From NCBI GenBank assembly GCA_964617735.1, contig CAZTXT010000001.1, forward strand, positions 267,589-331,588: a stretch of 64,000 nt of DNA. Direction: 5' to 3'. The notes beneath the pieces were generated by a model, which had not been told where the DNA came from, did not search any database, and worked only from the letters and a program-made list of their open reading frames with translations. The DNA comes from an uncultured Candidatus Saccharibacteria bacterium (GTDB taxonomy: Bacteria > Patescibacteriota > Minisyncoccia > Phycocordibacterales > DSPV01). Each line of letters starts with the position of its first letter. Within the stretch, counting starts at the first letter, position 1. The translations under genes and the position numbers were made by a program. Below, in pieces: positions 37,214 through 49,189 of the stretch.

Positions 37214-37246
37214 AGACCGCTCTGCTTTAAGCAGAGCGGTCTTTTG
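37214..37246 (+). terminator. Rho-independent terminator
   Basis: GACCGCTCTGC-TTTAA-GCAGAGCGGTC followed by TTTTGC. Confidence 0.75.
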
Positions 37247-37341
37247 CATAAATGAGGAGTCGAAAGCCGCAGGACGTTTTTCTAGTGGTATACTGAAAGC
37301 ATCGTAAGGTCGTCTTTTAGAAGAAAGGTTTACTCGATAAC

Positions 37342-37758
37342 ATGAATTTTGCAATAAATTATTGGGCGGTGCTAGTCGCGGCGGTCGCGGCTATGATCAC
37401 CGGATTCCTGTGGTATGGTCCGATCTTCGGGAAGCTGTGGATGTCTTTGATGGGCATCACACCAGAGAAGATGAAAGAATCGCAGGCGAAGGGAGGCATG
37501 GGGGCGAGATATTTCGCCATGTTCATCGGCAGTCTGGTCGTCTCGTACGCGCTTGCCTATCTCGTACATCGGCTCGGCATCATGGGCATTGAGGGCGCAT
37601 GCAAGTTGACGCTCTACGTGGGTATCGGTTTCATCGCAACGGTGCTTCTCGGGTCGGTTCTTTGGGAAGAGCGGCCGATAAAACTATATGTGCTGAACGT
37701 CGCGTATTACCTTGTTTCGATCTTTATCCAGACGCTCATCCTCGCGTACTGGTGGTAG
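37342..37758 (+). CDS. DUF1761-family membrane protein
   Basis: MNFAINYWAVLVAAVAAMITGFLWYGPIFGKLWMSLMG matches the conserved N-terminus of DUF1761. Four TM helices. Confidence 0.6.
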   Translation: MNFAINYWAVLVAAVAAMITGFLWYGPIFGKLWMSLMGITPEKMKESQAKGGMGARYFAMFIGSLVVSYALAYLVHRLGIMGIEGACKLTLYVGIGFIATVLLGSVLWEERPIKLYVLNVAYYLVSIFIQTLILAYWW

Positions 37759-37767
37759 AGGAGGGAA

Positions 37768-38955
37768 TTATCCGAACGTGAAGGTGTATGCGTCCAATCC
37801 GGGCGATTCGATGATGATCTCGATCGTATGCTCGCCCCATGATCGGTCCTCGACGAGGCGATAGAGGCGGTTCTCGCTGAAGGTTACCGTCCCATCGGCG
37901 CTGATGTCAGCCCCGCGCATAGCGGCAGGGATAGGCGAGCCGTCTATGAGGATCTTAGCTTTCACAGGTTTCTCTGCGTGCGCGACGATGAATACTTTTT
38001 GCGCATGGTAGTGCAATTTGATCGCTGCGTTTGCCGTCGTGTTCGTCGTATATTCTCGGGAGAAATTCCAGCCTCCGTCGAGATAGATCCTGTCTGCGGT
38101 CAGGTTCCCCGGCACGGTGAGCGTCTGTGAACCCGTCTCTCCTTGAATCCCGTTCCCCAGGTATTCGTTTCGGAATGCGCCGAAATACATCTCCGGACTT
38201 AACGGATGGCTCGTATCAACAGTCTCGGCGCCTTTGGGCGTACCGATCGGTGCGGTTTTGGGCATATCTTCGCCCAGCCGTTTAGCGCGCTCGGCGAGAA
38301 GCTCTTGGATCTTGCTCTCTGTCTCTGCGTAGCCGCCCTCGCCGATGTGGTCTTCCACGACGTACCCGTCGATGTCGATGAGATAATGATGGGGCCAGTA
38401 GAAATTGTTATAGGCGCGCCAGGTGCCGTAGTCGTTATCCTGCACGATGGGGTAGGTTACGGAGAATCTTTTTGCGGCATCGGCGACGTTCCCGGGGTCT
38501 TTTTCGAATTCAAATTCAGGCGTATGAATCGAGACGATCTCAAACCCTTCGTCTTTGTATTTTGCATACCATGCGGTGAGATAGGGCAAGGTGCGCTGGC
38601 AGTTGATGCACGAGTACGTCCAGAAGTCCACCATGATCACTTTCTTGCCGACCAATTCCCCGATCGTGATAGGTTTGCCGCCCGTGTTGAGGAAGCCGGA
38701 GGGATTCGCGATCTCCGTGAATTTTTTGTATTTCTTTTCTTTCGCGGCGATGATGTCGGGAGTGTGCGATACGATCGGTTCAGTTTTCTTTACGGTCTCG
38801 GGTGTCGTGGTTGCCGGTGTTGAGGTCACGGAAAGTTCTTGAGTCTGCGGCACGAGTGCCGTCGGATGCACTTTTCCAGCTTCAAGGTAGGCGATCGCGC
38901 CGATGATACCAGCGAGGACGACGATAAGGACGATTATGCGGGTCAGTGGATTCAT
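37768..38955 (-). CDS. Membrane-anchored thioredoxin-fold thiol:disulfide oxidoreductase (TlpA/ResA-like) with a C-terminal extension
   Basis: TM anchor. Redoxin core DFWTYSCINCQRTLPYLTAWYAKYKDEGFEIVSIHTPEF with a CxxC motif. Extra ~170-aa C-terminal domain. Confidence 0.8.
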   Translation of the reverse strand: MNPLTRIIVLIVVLAGIIGAIAYLEAGKVHPTALVPQTQELSVTSTPATTTPETVKKTEPIVSHTPDIIAAKEKKYKKFTEIANPSGFLNTGGKPITIGELVGKKVIMVDFWTYSCINCQRTLPYLTAWYAKYKDEGFEIVSIHTPEFEFEKDPGNVADAAKRFSVTYPIVQDNDYGTWRAYNNFYWPHHYLIDIDGYVVEDHIGEGGYAETESKIQELLAERAKRLGEDMPKTAPIGTPKGAETVDTSHPLSPEMYFGAFRNEYLGNGIQGETGSQTLTVPGNLTADRIYLDGGWNFSREYTTNTTANAAIKLHYHAQKVFIVAHAEKPVKAKILIDGSPIPAAMRGADISADGTVTFSENRLYRLVEDRSWGEHTIEIIIESPGLDAYTFTFG

Positions 38956-39662
38956 TGTGTGAGCAATAATCTATTAACGAAATCGAAACTCGCGATGCGG
39001 GCGAGCTCTCCGGTAAAGACGAGAATGCCGATCACGATCAAGAGAAGTCCGAAGACGATGTTGATATATTTGACTATCGTAGCGAAACGATTGAGGAAAT
39101 TAGCGGCTTCGCCCGCAAAAAGTCCCACGACAAGAAACGGAATGCCGAGTCCCAGCGCGTAGGTGAAGAGGAGCGTGAATGCCGAGCCTGGCTCTGAAGC
39201 GGCAAGCCCGAGGATGGCGCCGAGCGCCGCGCCGACGCACGGAGTCCATCCAGCCGCGAACGCGAGGCCGAAGACGAACGACGTGATATGCCGCGACGAG
39301 AATTTCTTCATCACGCGGAATTTATAATCCCGTTCGAGAAATGGGATGTGAATGAGTCCCGTCACGTAGAGCCCGAAAAAAATGATGATGGTGCCGCCGA
39401 TATATGAAAGCCAGTTCTGCACGCTGTACGCGACGTTTGAGAGCACCGTGTTGAGAAGGACGCCGAGCAATGCAAAGACGAACGAAAATCCTAGGACAAA
39501 AAAGAGCGCGCTTAAAAACGTATCACGGCGCTTGACCGGCTCTCCGCCGACCGTTGAGCCGGCGAGATACGCCAAGAACCCCGGAATAATGGGGAGGACG
39601 CAGGGGGAGATGAATGAGACAAGCCCCGCAATAAAGGCGACTGATATAGACAAAGAATCCAT
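38952..39662 (-). CDS. ccdA: Cytochrome c-type biogenesis/thiol-disulfide transporter CcdA (DsbD-like)
   Basis: ISPCVLPIIPGFLAYLAG, with six TM helices and a second conserved Cys (GWTPCVGAALG). ATGA overlap with the TlpA-like gene. Confidence 0.85.
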   Translation of the reverse strand: MDSLSISVAFIAGLVSFISPCVLPIIPGFLAYLAGSTVGGEPVKRRDTFLSALFFVLGFSFVFALLGVLLNTVLSNVAYSVQNWLSYIGGTIIIFFGLYVTGLIHIPFLERDYKFRVMKKFSSRHITSFVFGLAFAAGWTPCVGAALGAILGLAASEPGSAFTLLFTYALGLGIPFLVVGLFAGEAANFLNRFATIVKYINIVFGLLLIVIGILVFTGELARIASFDFVNRLLLTQ

Positions 39663-39801
39663 TGGGAAATTATACGGCTCAATAAAGCCGTAAGCAAGGA
39701 TATTGACAGTACGGTATATCTTGTGCTAAAACTCCGGCAGAGTCGAGCGAGTGCCGGATACCTTTGCCACTGTGACAGAGCACGGTACGCGCCGATAAAC
39801 A

Positions 39802-40563
39802 TTGAAAGGAAAGACTATGTCAAAAGACATTCTCGGCTCGCTGCTGCGAGTTTTGGTAACCGTTCCGGAGAATCGGCTCGGTCTAATACACGATATCTCC
39901 CGAAAGCTTTCGGGAAACGATGGCGATTCATGGGAAGCTCAATTAAAGAGTTTCTTGCGCAAAGAGCCCTGCTGGGTTGTTGCTCCATTCCAACCAACCA
40001 CTCTGTCGGTGAAGATAGCCCAAGACCAGCTCTTGGAATGGACCGCTCTCTATAAAAAGCTCGGCATCACTCTCAATCCCGAGGAGGTAAAAATCCCCGC
40101 CCGTCGCGAAGGCTTCAATCGCCTCATCCTGGTACCCAAGGGTATGACAGCCCAACGAGCCTTCGACCTCTGCACCACACGCTTCGCAGCCCGGAAGTAC
40201 ACCATCCAGAGTCTCGACAAGACAGTCTCCACCAACGACCGCGACGCTACGAATGGCACCTACACCCTCTGGATCAGAGATCGGGTAGAAGCCGATGAAG
40301 AACTCAAATCCAAATCGGCCGACGACCTCACGGAAGCGAACATCAAAGGCATCACCTTAACCGAACGCCTCCTCTACGAGCTCAAGTACCACCAGGAAAC
40401 GGGCAAGCACCTTGACCTCAAGAACCACACAATGTGTTCGGGTTCTCGCAGCCCCATCGGCTACGTGCCGCACGTGTACTGGTGCGACGACTGGCTCTTT
40501 GTGTTTTGGTACTGTGCCCACAGTCGGGATTCGCACCTTCGTTCCCGTGCAGTTTCCCTTTAA
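39802..40563 (+). CDS. Hypothetical protein
   Basis: 253-aa ORF with no recognisable motif. The His/Cys/Trp-rich C-terminal tail could be read-through past a true earlier stop region, so the start and end are uncertain. Confidence 0.35.
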   Translation: MKGKTMSKDILGSLLRVLVTVPENRLGLIHDISRKLSGNDGDSWEAQLKSFLRKEPCWVVAPFQPTTLSVKIAQDQLLEWTALYKKLGITLNPEEVKIPARREGFNRLILVPKGMTAQRAFDLCTTRFAARKYTIQSLDKTVSTNDRDATNGTYTLWIRDRVEADEELKSKSADDLTEANIKGITLTERLLYELKYHQETGKHLDLKNHTMCSGSRSPIGYVPHVYWCDDWLFVFWYCAHSRDSHLRSRAVSL

Positions 40564-40581
40564 CCTCTGGTCTTTTAACAC

Positions 40582-40618
40582 TTCACCTCGTCTCTTTGAG
40601 ACGAGGTGAATTTTTTAT
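40582..40618 (+). terminator. Rho-independent terminator
   Basis: TTCACCTCGTCTC-TTTGA-GACGAGGTGAA followed by TTTTTTAT. Confidence 0.85.
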
Positions 40619-40623
40619 ATACT

Positions 40624-41178
40624 ATGGACATGGAAAAAAATAAAACAGAGATAGCGGTTTTCGGTGGCGGCTGTTTTTGGTGCACCGAGGCGGCGTTTTC
40701 GATGCTCAAAGGTGTTTCCTCCGTTCGCCCCGGCTATGCGGGAGGCACCAAACCCAATCCCACTTACGAAGAAGTCTGCGGCGGAGCGACGGGACACGCA
40801 GAGGTCACGGAAGTGGTCTATGATCCTTCGATTGTTTCTTTCGATGATCTACTGGCGGTATTTTTCAATGTGCATGATCCGACACAGCTCAATCGGCAGG
40901 GCAACGACGTGGGGACGCAGTACCGCTCCGTGATCTTCTACACAACTGAAGGGCAAAAAAAGGCCGCGGAAGCGTTGGTCAAAGAACTGATGGACACCAA
41001 GGCGTATGACAAACCGATCGTCACCGAAGTCAAACCGCTGGATATGTTCTATCCGGCCGAGAACTATCACAAGGACTATTACAAACGCAACTCCGACGCC
41101 GCGTATTGCGAGCTTGTCATTGCGCCGAAGCTCGAGAAATTGCAGAAACGTTTCGCTACGCTCATTGCCGATCACTGA
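40624..41178 (+). CDS. msrA: Peptide methionine sulfoxide reductase MsrA
   Basis: Catalytic GGGCFWCTEAAF motif. 184 aa from the ATG just downstream of the terminator. Confidence 0.9.
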   Translation: MDMEKNKTEIAVFGGGCFWCTEAAFSMLKGVSSVRPGYAGGTKPNPTYEEVCGGATGHAEVTEVVYDPSIVSFDDLLAVFFNVHDPTQLNRQGNDVGTQYRSVIFYTTEGQKKAAEALVKELMDTKAYDKPIVTEVKPLDMFYPAENYHKDYYKRNSDAAYCELVIAPKLEKLQKRFATLIADH

Positions 41179-41298
41179 TCGGGTGGAGAGGGTCATTCAC
41201 GTAAGCTTCATTGATTTTCACCGAACTTTTACGATGCGCTTGCTACGCTCTTTGCAAGTGCGCTATCATAGGGGTTCATTATTCGTAACACTACACTC

Positions 41299-41808
41299 AT
41301 GTCTCGATCAACTATCGTTACGTCATTAGTCATCATCGTCTTGATCATTGCCGGATTGTTCTTCTTTTCAGCGCGGAATTCAGCTTCGACTGCAGAGATC
41401 CAGAACAGCGCCGATGTCACCGCATCGCAAAACTCTTTAGATGCTTCAGTTACTCCCTCACCGTCGCCTTCGACCCCATCGCAATCTTCTGCCAAGACGG
41501 TGACGGTAACCTATACCGATAGCGGATTCTCGCCTTCAAGCGTTACCATCAACGTTGGTGATACCGTCGCGTTCAAGAACAACAGCTCTTCCGACTTCTG
41601 GCCTGCAACTGCTAATCATCCGGCACACACCGTTTATGACGGTACCAACCTCCAGGCGCATTGTGCCGCGGGCGCCACCCCAAGCTTCGACGCATGCACG
41701 GGTGTTGCTCCAGGCAGTTCCTATTCCTTTACCTTTACCAAGGCTGGTACGTGGGGATATCACGATCACTTGAACGCGCGCAATTTCGGCAAGGTCGTGG
41801 TGCAGTAA
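41299..41808 (+). CDS. Membrane-anchored cupredoxin-like protein
   Basis: TM anchor and an S/T/P linker. The beta-sandwich core VTINVGDTVAFKNNS..HP.H...C...WGYHDH carries His/Cys positions compatible with a type-1 copper site. Confidence 0.5.
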   Translation: MSRSTIVTSLVIIVLIIAGLFFFSARNSASTAEIQNSADVTASQNSLDASVTPSPSPSTPSQSSAKTVTVTYTDSGFSPSSVTINVGDTVAFKNNSSSDFWPATANHPAHTVYDGTNLQAHCAAGATPSFDACTGVAPGSSYSFTFTKAGTWGYHDHLNARNFGKVVVQ

Positions 41809-41819
41809 AGAGGTTTTGC

Positions 41820-42152
41820 ATGAGCCGTTTAACTTCAGAGCGCTGCATCCCCTGTGAAAAAGAGGTGCCGCCGCTCTCTAAAGAAGAGGCCGATCGGCTC
41901 TTGGGAGAGCTCCGAAAAGGTTGGCAGATAAAAGATGGAGCACTCTATCGGCAGTTTGATTTCTATGACTTCAAATCGGCGCTTGCATTTGTCAATCGTG
42001 TTGGCGAAGTTGCCGAGCGAGAGTGGCATCACCCTGATATAGAAATTTCGTTCAACAAAGTCAAAATCTCGCTCATCACCCATTCCATCAAAGGCCTCTC
42101 AAAGAACGATTTTATCCTTGCAGCGCATATAAGCGAATTGGGCGAAGCTTAG
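41820..42152 (+). CDS. Pterin-4a-carbinolamine dehydratase (PCD/DCoH)
   Basis: GW.IKDG...F.F.DF..A..F..RVGEVAEREWHHPDIEISFNKVKISLITHSI.GLS..D matches the PCD signature [E]x3HHP...TH. Start at the ATG at 41820, preceded by AAAGAGG. Confidence 0.8.
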   Translation: MSRLTSERCIPCEKEVPPLSKEEADRLLGELRKGWQIKDGALYRQFDFYDFKSALAFVNRVGEVAEREWHHPDIEISFNKVKISLITHSIKGLSKNDFILAAHISELGEA

Positions 42153-42206
42153 CCCGACCTCTAGTTTTCCGTTGCGAAGGGCTATACGATCGCTATACTG
42201 ATACCT

Positions 42207-42506
42207 ATGGAGCAGCGTGCGCATGTCATGGGCCGGCTATCGAAGATGATGCTTGTCTTCGAGTTCGTGGTGTTAGCCATGTCATTCTCTTTCCTCGCGA
42301 TGTCGCAGATGCAATCGTCGGGTACTACTCTCTCGCAGGCGAATCTTTCGGATTGGCTTCGATCGGCAGACTCATCTTCATCGGAGCCCGCAGCCGTGAT
42401 CGAATCTGATGCTCAATCGGCCTCGCCGGAATTTATGGCACCGATGCCTATGGAAGGGGTTGTGCCATTTGGCAAAGAAGAGGTTGAGGATCCCGTTTCA
42501 AATTAA
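42207..42506 (+). CDS. Hypothetical small membrane protein
   Basis: One TM helix (MMLVFEFVVLAMSFSFLAM) and an acidic C-terminus. No recognised family. Confidence 0.35.
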   Translation: MEQRAHVMGRLSKMMLVFEFVVLAMSFSFLAMSQMQSSGTTLSQANLSDWLRSADSSSSEPAAVIESDAQSASPEFMAPMPMEGVVPFGKEEVEDPVSN

Positions 42507-42560
42507 AGAAAACAGATGTTTCTAGAGAGCGCCCGGAAGACACTTTCTTCCAATGAAAAA

Positions 42561-42587
42561 GCCATCCCCGGAAGGGATGGCTTTGTG
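42561..42587. terminator. Rho-independent terminator (minus-strand sense) ending the atp transcription unit
   Basis: GCCATCCC-CGGAA-GGGATGGC. On the minus strand it is followed by TTTTTCATTGG, and on the plus strand it is preceded by AAAAA. Confidence 0.75.
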
Positions 42588-42594
42588 CCCAACA

Positions 42595-42834
42595 TTAAGC
42601 GGCTTGGAGTTTTTCCTCGACGAATGGAAGAAAGAATCCCGAATCGTACTCGAAACCCCGCATTTCCTTGAACCGCAACAAGGAATCTCCGTTACTAAGC
42701 CTAAGGATAGCTTCGATAGTCAGTTGCCGTTTGCCGACGATCAAGCCACGCGTAGCAGTCAGGCTCTTACTTTGGTGTGTGTACGTGTAGTTGAATCTTG
42801 GTACGACGCAATCGCCTTTCGTGAATCTATTCAT
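42595..42834 (-). CDS. Hypothetical small protein at the 3' end of the atp operon
   Basis: 79-aa ORF ending 8 nt before the terminator hairpin. The competing plus-strand ORF 42553..42870 starts inside the hairpin and is rejected. Confidence 0.35.
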   Translation of the reverse strand: MNRFTKGDCVVPRFNYTYTHQSKSLTATRGLIVGKRQLTIEAILRLSNGDSLLRFKEMRGFEYDSGFFLPFVEEKLQAA

Positions 42835-42880
42835 GATGTCCTCCTGCGATTATCCTACGGCCCTGTGTAAGGCCTGTCAA

Positions 42881-43114
42881 TCAATCCGCGAGAACAACGA
42901 GGTGCGCGCCGTCCGTGTAGGCGAAGCCGCCTTCAATGGAGAATTCTTTTTGTTCCGAATTGTTTTTAACCAAAAGGGTTCCTTTCTTGAGGTTTGTCAC
43001 GAGCGGTGCGTGATGGGGGAGAATGCCGATCTCGCCGTCTTCGGACGGAAGATTCACTCCGAGCGTTTCTCCTTCAAAGAGCGTTTTTCCAAGCGTGTAG
43101 ATATAGAGCTGCAT
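42881..43114 (-). CDS. atpC: F0F1 ATP synthase epsilon subunit (short form, beta-sandwich only)
   Basis: LPSEDGEIGILPHHAPLVTNLKKGTL beta-sandwich signature. Located after atpD. 77 aa, lacking the C-terminal helical hairpin. Confidence 0.8.
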   Translation of the reverse strand: MQLYIYTLGKTLFEGETLGVNLPSEDGEIGILPHHAPLVTNLKKGTLLVKNNSEQKEFSIEGGFAYTDGAHLVVLAD

Positions 43115-43116
43115 CG

Positions 43117-45053
<1,937 letters not shown>

Positions 45054-45074
45054 TTTTGATTATGAATTATATCA

Positions 45075-45236
45075 AATCATTTTAATTTTTTGGGACGAAA
45101 AAAGCCGACTTGTTTTTTCCAATCTTCCCACAGTTCGTCTAAGTTAGTTATTTTCCCCGTTTCCCTTAAAACATCTTTAAGGAAATTAATATACTCTTCT
45201 AAGTCTCTTAGGCGCTTATCCTCTTTTACACTCATG
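45075..45236 (-). CDS. Unlisted 53-aa charged helical ORF between atpG and the FtsK-gamma-like gene
   Basis: MSVKEDKRLRDLEEYINFLKDVLRETGKITNLDELWEDWKKQVGFFRPKKLK. The ATG lies 8 nt downstream of the atpG stop. Below the 60-aa track cutoff. The competing plus ORF 45090..45275 is low-complexity. Confidence 0.35.
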
Positions 45237-45243
45237 TTTTATT

Positions 45244-46173
45244 TTAATTTGCTAATGCTTCGCTACCGCCGGTGATCTCCGCAAGTTCTTTGGTGATAGC
45301 TGCTTGGCGAGACTTGTTGTAACGGATGTTCAGGGTGTCTACCAGTTCGCCGGCGCTGTCCGATGCATTCTTCATGGCTATCATGCGCGACGAGTGCTCG
45401 GAGGCGTTTGCTTCTAGTATTGCATGGTAGACTTGCACGCCGAGGAATTTCGGCAAGAGTTTCCCGAGGACTTCGGCAGGGGACGGCTCGAACTTGAGGA
45501 CACCGGATTGAGCACCGGCAAGTTCCATCGAGCGAGGGATATTCGCATAACGGCCTTCAAGCGGGATGATGGAATCAATGATGCTTTCAACGGATTCTTT
45601 TGAGAAGGGAAGGAGCGTGCGCTCGATGACTTCTTGTTTAAGCGCCGAAAGGAAATTCGTGTAGAGGATTTTTACTTCGTCACACTTTTTCTCCAAGAAG
45701 AGGGACATGAGAAACTCGGTAATCTCTTCTGTTTCGTCTATCACCCCAAAATCTCCAGCTCCGAGGAAATCTTTAAGAATTGGCACGTGACGACGAGCGA
45801 AATAGTCGCGACCTTTTTTACCGATGGCAACGATGGAAACATTTGCGTCTGATTTTGAGACGATCTGTTCTGCTTTTCGTAGGACGTTCGCGTTGAAAGC
45901 GCCTGCGAGTCCTTTATCAGAAGTGATGACGACCAAGCAGAGATTCTTCACCGCGCGTTTTTCTGTGAGAGGCGAGTGCAATTCACTAGAGCTATTTGTT
46001 TTCTCAATCGCATGCAAAATAGAGAGTGCCGTCAGTGCGTAGGGGCGAGTTGCAAGCGCGATACCCTGACTGCGGCGCATTTTGACAGCCGAAACCGCCT
46101 CCATCGCCCGCGTTATCTGGCGAATGTTCTTTGTCGCGCGTATTCGGTTTTTTAATGCTCGTGAGCCGGCCAT
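45244..46173 (-). CDS. atpG: F0F1 ATP synthase gamma subunit
   Basis: N-terminal IRATKNIRQITRAMEAVSAVKMRRSQ and C-terminal ITKELAEITGGSEAL signatures. 309 aa. Confidence 0.9.
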   Translation of the reverse strand: MAGSRALKNRIRATKNIRQITRAMEAVSAVKMRRSQGIALATRPYALTALSILHAIEKTNSSSELHSPLTEKRAVKNLCLVVITSDKGLAGAFNANVLRKAEQIVSKSDANVSIVAIGKKGRDYFARRHVPILKDFLGAGDFGVIDETEEITEFLMSLFLEKKCDEVKILYTNFLSALKQEVIERTLLPFSKESVESIIDSIIPLEGRYANIPRSMELAGAQSGVLKFEPSPAEVLGKLLPKFLGVQVYHAILEANASEHSSRMIAMKNASDSAGELVDTLNIRYNKSRQAAITKELAEITGGSEALAN

Positions 46174-46179
46174 GATAAA

Positions 46180-46404
46180 TTAAATCCCAAAACTATGTAA
46201 ACAACTCTCATATTCTGCCATCTTTACATTTTCCGGTAGTACACTAGCAAACCCCGTTTGAGTTTTTTGATAGCACTGTTTTCGAATTTGTGAAGGTCTA
46301 TATTCAAACCAGAAGAATAGAAAACCCAATATGAATATTAATCCAAGGCCTAAAACGATGACTTTCATTTTCTGGTTTTGAGTATTAACCGATTTATTTT
46401 CCAT
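46180..46404 (-). CDS. Small membrane protein inserted between atpA and atpG
   Basis: 74 aa with one TM helix (MKVIVLGLGLIFILGFLFFWF). Starts 14 nt after the atpA stop and ends 7 nt before the atpG start, on the same strand. Confidence 0.45.
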   Translation of the reverse strand: MENKSVNTQNQKMKVIVLGLGLIFILGFLFFWFEYRPSQIRKQCYQKTQTGFASVLPENVKMAEYESCLHSFGI

Positions 46405-46417
46405 TGACCAGTTCTTA

Positions 46418-47944
46418 TTAGGATTTCTTGAAATAATGTTCTGTGAAATCTTTCGCGGCGGCGGTAAGTCCGTCTTCTACTTCTTTTGAGAGCTCTTTGC
46501 CGTCGCGCAACTTCTTCATCGTTGCTTCGTGGCGCTCATGGAGGAATTGCAGGAATTCTTTTTCAAATCGGCGTACGTCCGCGACCTCTACGCCATCCAG
46601 GAATCCACGGACGGCGCTGAAGATTGACACTGTCATCTCCTCAAAGGGCATATTGTGGTACTGATCTTGCTTGAGTAGTTCGGAGAGACGCCGCCCGCGG
46701 TCCAGTTTCTGCTTTGTAGACGGATCCAAGTCTTGGCCGAACTGGGCGAATGCGGCAAGCTCGCGGAATTGTGCAAGCTCAAGGCGCATCGTACCCGCGA
46801 CTTTCTTCATCGCCTTCGTCTGCGCCGCAGAGCCCACGCGCGAGACCGAGAGGCCGACGTTGAGGGCTGGCCGGACACCTTGGTAGAAGAGCTCTGGTTC
46901 AAGATAGATTTGTCCGTCGGTGATGGAGATGACGTTCGTCGGAATGTAGGCCGAGACGTCGGAGAGTTGGGTCTCGATGATAGGAAGCGCCGTGAGCGAC
47001 CCGCCGCCGTAATCTTTTGAGAGTTTTGCTGCGCGCTCAAGTAGGCGAGAGTGGAGGTAGAAAATATCGCCCGGATACGCTTCGCGGCCCGGTGGGCGCC
47101 GCAGAAGCAGAGAGATTTCGCGATAGGCGACTGCGTGCTTTGAGAGATCGTCGTAGACAATGAGTGCATCTTTACCCTGGTCCATAAAATATTCGCCGAT
47201 GGCGACGCCAGTAAAAGGGGCGATGTATTGAAGCGGTGCGGCCGCGGAAGCAGGTGCGGTAACGACGATGGTATAGCTCATCGCGCCGGATTTCTTTAAC
47301 TGCTCTACTATCTGCGCGACTTTGGACTCCTTCTGGCCGATAGCGACATAGATGCAGATGACCGACTTTTCTTTCTTCTGGTTGATGATGGTGTCTATCG
47401 CGATCGCCGTCTTTCCGGTCTGACGGTCGCCGATGATGAGCTCGCGCTGGCCGCGGCCGATGGGGATCATCGCGTCTATAGCTTTGATACCGGTGTGGAG
47501 CGGTGTGTTGACCGACTCGCGCGTAATGACGCCTGGAGCGATCTTTTCAAGCGGATAGCGCTTCATGCTCTCGGTCTTGAACGCGGGTCCGCCGTCTACC
47601 GGATTGCCGAGGGCATCCACGACACGGCCGACGACCGCGTCCGAGACAGCGACCGAGAGGACGTTGCCAGTGCCTTTGACCGTCTGGCCCTCCTGCACCG
47701 ACTTTGATTCGCCGAGAATGACCGCTTTGAGCGAGCCTTCTTCGAGGTTCAGTGCCATACCAAGAACCGTTTCTGATCCCGTTTCAAATTCAACGAGTTC
47801 GGAGTACATCACTTTTGAAAGTCCGCGGATTTCCGCGACGCCGTCGCCGACGCGCGTTACCGTGCCGACGTGTTCCATCTTTGCGCCCGTGGAAAGTCCG
47901 GAGATCTCTTCTTTCAGCTGCTCTAAAATACTATCTTTTGTCAT
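46418..47944 (-). CDS. atpA: F0F1 ATP synthase alpha subunit
   Basis: P-loop [15 protein letters not shown]. 508 aa. Confidence 0.95.
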   Translation of the reverse strand: MTKDSILEQLKEEISGLSTGAKMEHVGTVTRVGDGVAEIRGLSKVMYSELVEFETGSETVLGMALNLEEGSLKAVILGESKSVQEGQTVKGTGNVLSVAVSDAVVGRVVDALGNPVDGGPAFKTESMKRYPLEKIAPGVITRESVNTPLHTGIKAIDAMIPIGRGQRELIIGDRQTGKTAIAIDTIINQKKEKSVICIYVAIGQKESKVAQIVEQLKKSGAMSYTIVVTAPASAAAPLQYIAPFTGVAIGEYFMDQGKDALIVYDDLSKHAVAYREISLLLRRPPGREAYPGDIFYLHSRLLERAAKLSKDYGGGSLTALPIIETQLSDVSAYIPTNVISITDGQIYLEPELFYQGVRPALNVGLSVSRVGSAAQTKAMKKVAGTMRLELAQFRELAAFAQFGQDLDPSTKQKLDRGRRLSELLKQDQYHNMPFEEMTVSIFSAVRGFLDGVEVADVRRFEKEFLQFLHERHEATMKKLRDGKELSKEVEDGLTAAAKDFTEHYFKKS

Positions 47945-47954
47945 TGTCGTTTAT

Positions 47955-48338
47955 TTAAACTTTCTGCACTGTTCTCTTAAGATCCTGCATGCGCCGCGCG
48001 ACGGTGTTGTCTATCCGCATGTCGCCGATCGTGATGCGCGTACCGGCGCCTAGTTTGGGATCAATCTTCTCGGTTATTTCGATATCAGTCCCGACGAGTT
48101 TTTTGAGCTCCGCTTTTGAGACGGCGCCGACTTTTTCCGTTTCTACGACTACCGGCGTAACGCCTTTTTGTGTGTACCACTCGCGCTCAAATTCTGCGAG
48201 AATCCCACGCAGGAGATTTGTCCGCCCGTGCCGTGCGAGCGTTGCGGCGAATTCTTTGACGACTTTGCTTGCATGGTGAGGATGTTCCTCAATCAAGTCG
48301 TAGAGCACTTTCGCGTATTGTTTGGCATTATAACGCAT
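47955..48338 (-). CDS. atpH: F0F1 ATP synthase delta (OSCP) subunit, short form
   Basis: C-terminal LGAGTRITIGDMRIDNTVARRMQDL matches the OSCP iGG.v.igd..iD.S motif. Position between atpF and atpA. 127 aa. Confidence 0.75.
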   Translation of the reverse strand: MRYNAKQYAKVLYDLIEEHPHHASKVVKEFAATLARHGRTNLLRGILAEFEREWYTQKGVTPVVVETEKVGAVSKAELKKLVGTDIEITEKIDPKLGAGTRITIGDMRIDNTVARRMQDLKRTVQKV

Positions 48339-48342
48339 GAGA

Positions 48343-48855
48343 TTAATGAGCGAGTTTATGCTGCGCGGTCTTGAGCGCCTGCTCTACCAGTTTCTCCCGA
48401 CTTTTTGCATCCAAAATATCCCCAACGCTTTTCTCAACTGCCATCGCGACAGTCTCGCCTAAGCTTCGTGTCGCCTCTTGCATGAGCTTGTCCTTCTCCT
48501 GCGTCATCTTTGTGCGCTCTTCTTTAGATACCCGAGCCATTTCAGACTTTGTATCTGCGATGATGCGCTCTGCCGCCTTCGCAGCATCCGCTTCGGCTTG
48601 TTTTATCAACGTCTCCGACTGGCGGCGAGCTTCAGCGAGCCGCTTCTCTTTCTCCGTATCCGCATCAGCGAGTTTCGCGGCAGTCGCTTTCGCATCCTCG
48701 TGTGCTTTCGCGATCTCTTTCTGTCGTTTGTCCAGAAGGGAGATGATGGGCTTGTAGAGGAATCTCTGCAAAATGAAAAGGAGGATGGCGAAGTTGATGA
48801 TCTGCGCCAAAAGAATCTTCCAGTTTATCCCTAGGTTGGACAACAGCTCGCTCAT
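48343..48855 (-). CDS. atpF: F0F1 ATP synthase subunit b
   Basis: N-terminal TM (ILLAQIINFAILLFIL) followed by a long charged coiled coil. Sits between atpE and atpH. Confidence 0.8.
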   Translation of the reverse strand: MSELLSNLGINWKILLAQIINFAILLFILQRFLYKPIISLLDKRQKEIAKAHEDAKATAAKLADADTEKEKRLAEARRQSETLIKQAEADAAKAAERIIADTKSEMARVSKEERTKMTQEKDKLMQEATRSLGETVAMAVEKSVGDILDAKSREKLVEQALKTAQHKLAH

Positions 48856-48865
48856 CTACTGGCGG

Positions 48866-49105
<240 letters not shown>

Positions 49106-49189
49106 TTATTAATTGCTAAAAGATAAAAAAGAGGGGCAACCGCCTCGTTTGTTCATAATATTACTATACACAGGCGTTTTTTCAAATGA

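Noticed and set aside
42553-42870. Plus-strand ORF 42553..42870
   Set aside because: Its ATG lies inside the terminator hairpin at 42561-42587. The minus-strand ORF 42595..42834 ends just before that hairpin, which is oriented for minus-strand termination.
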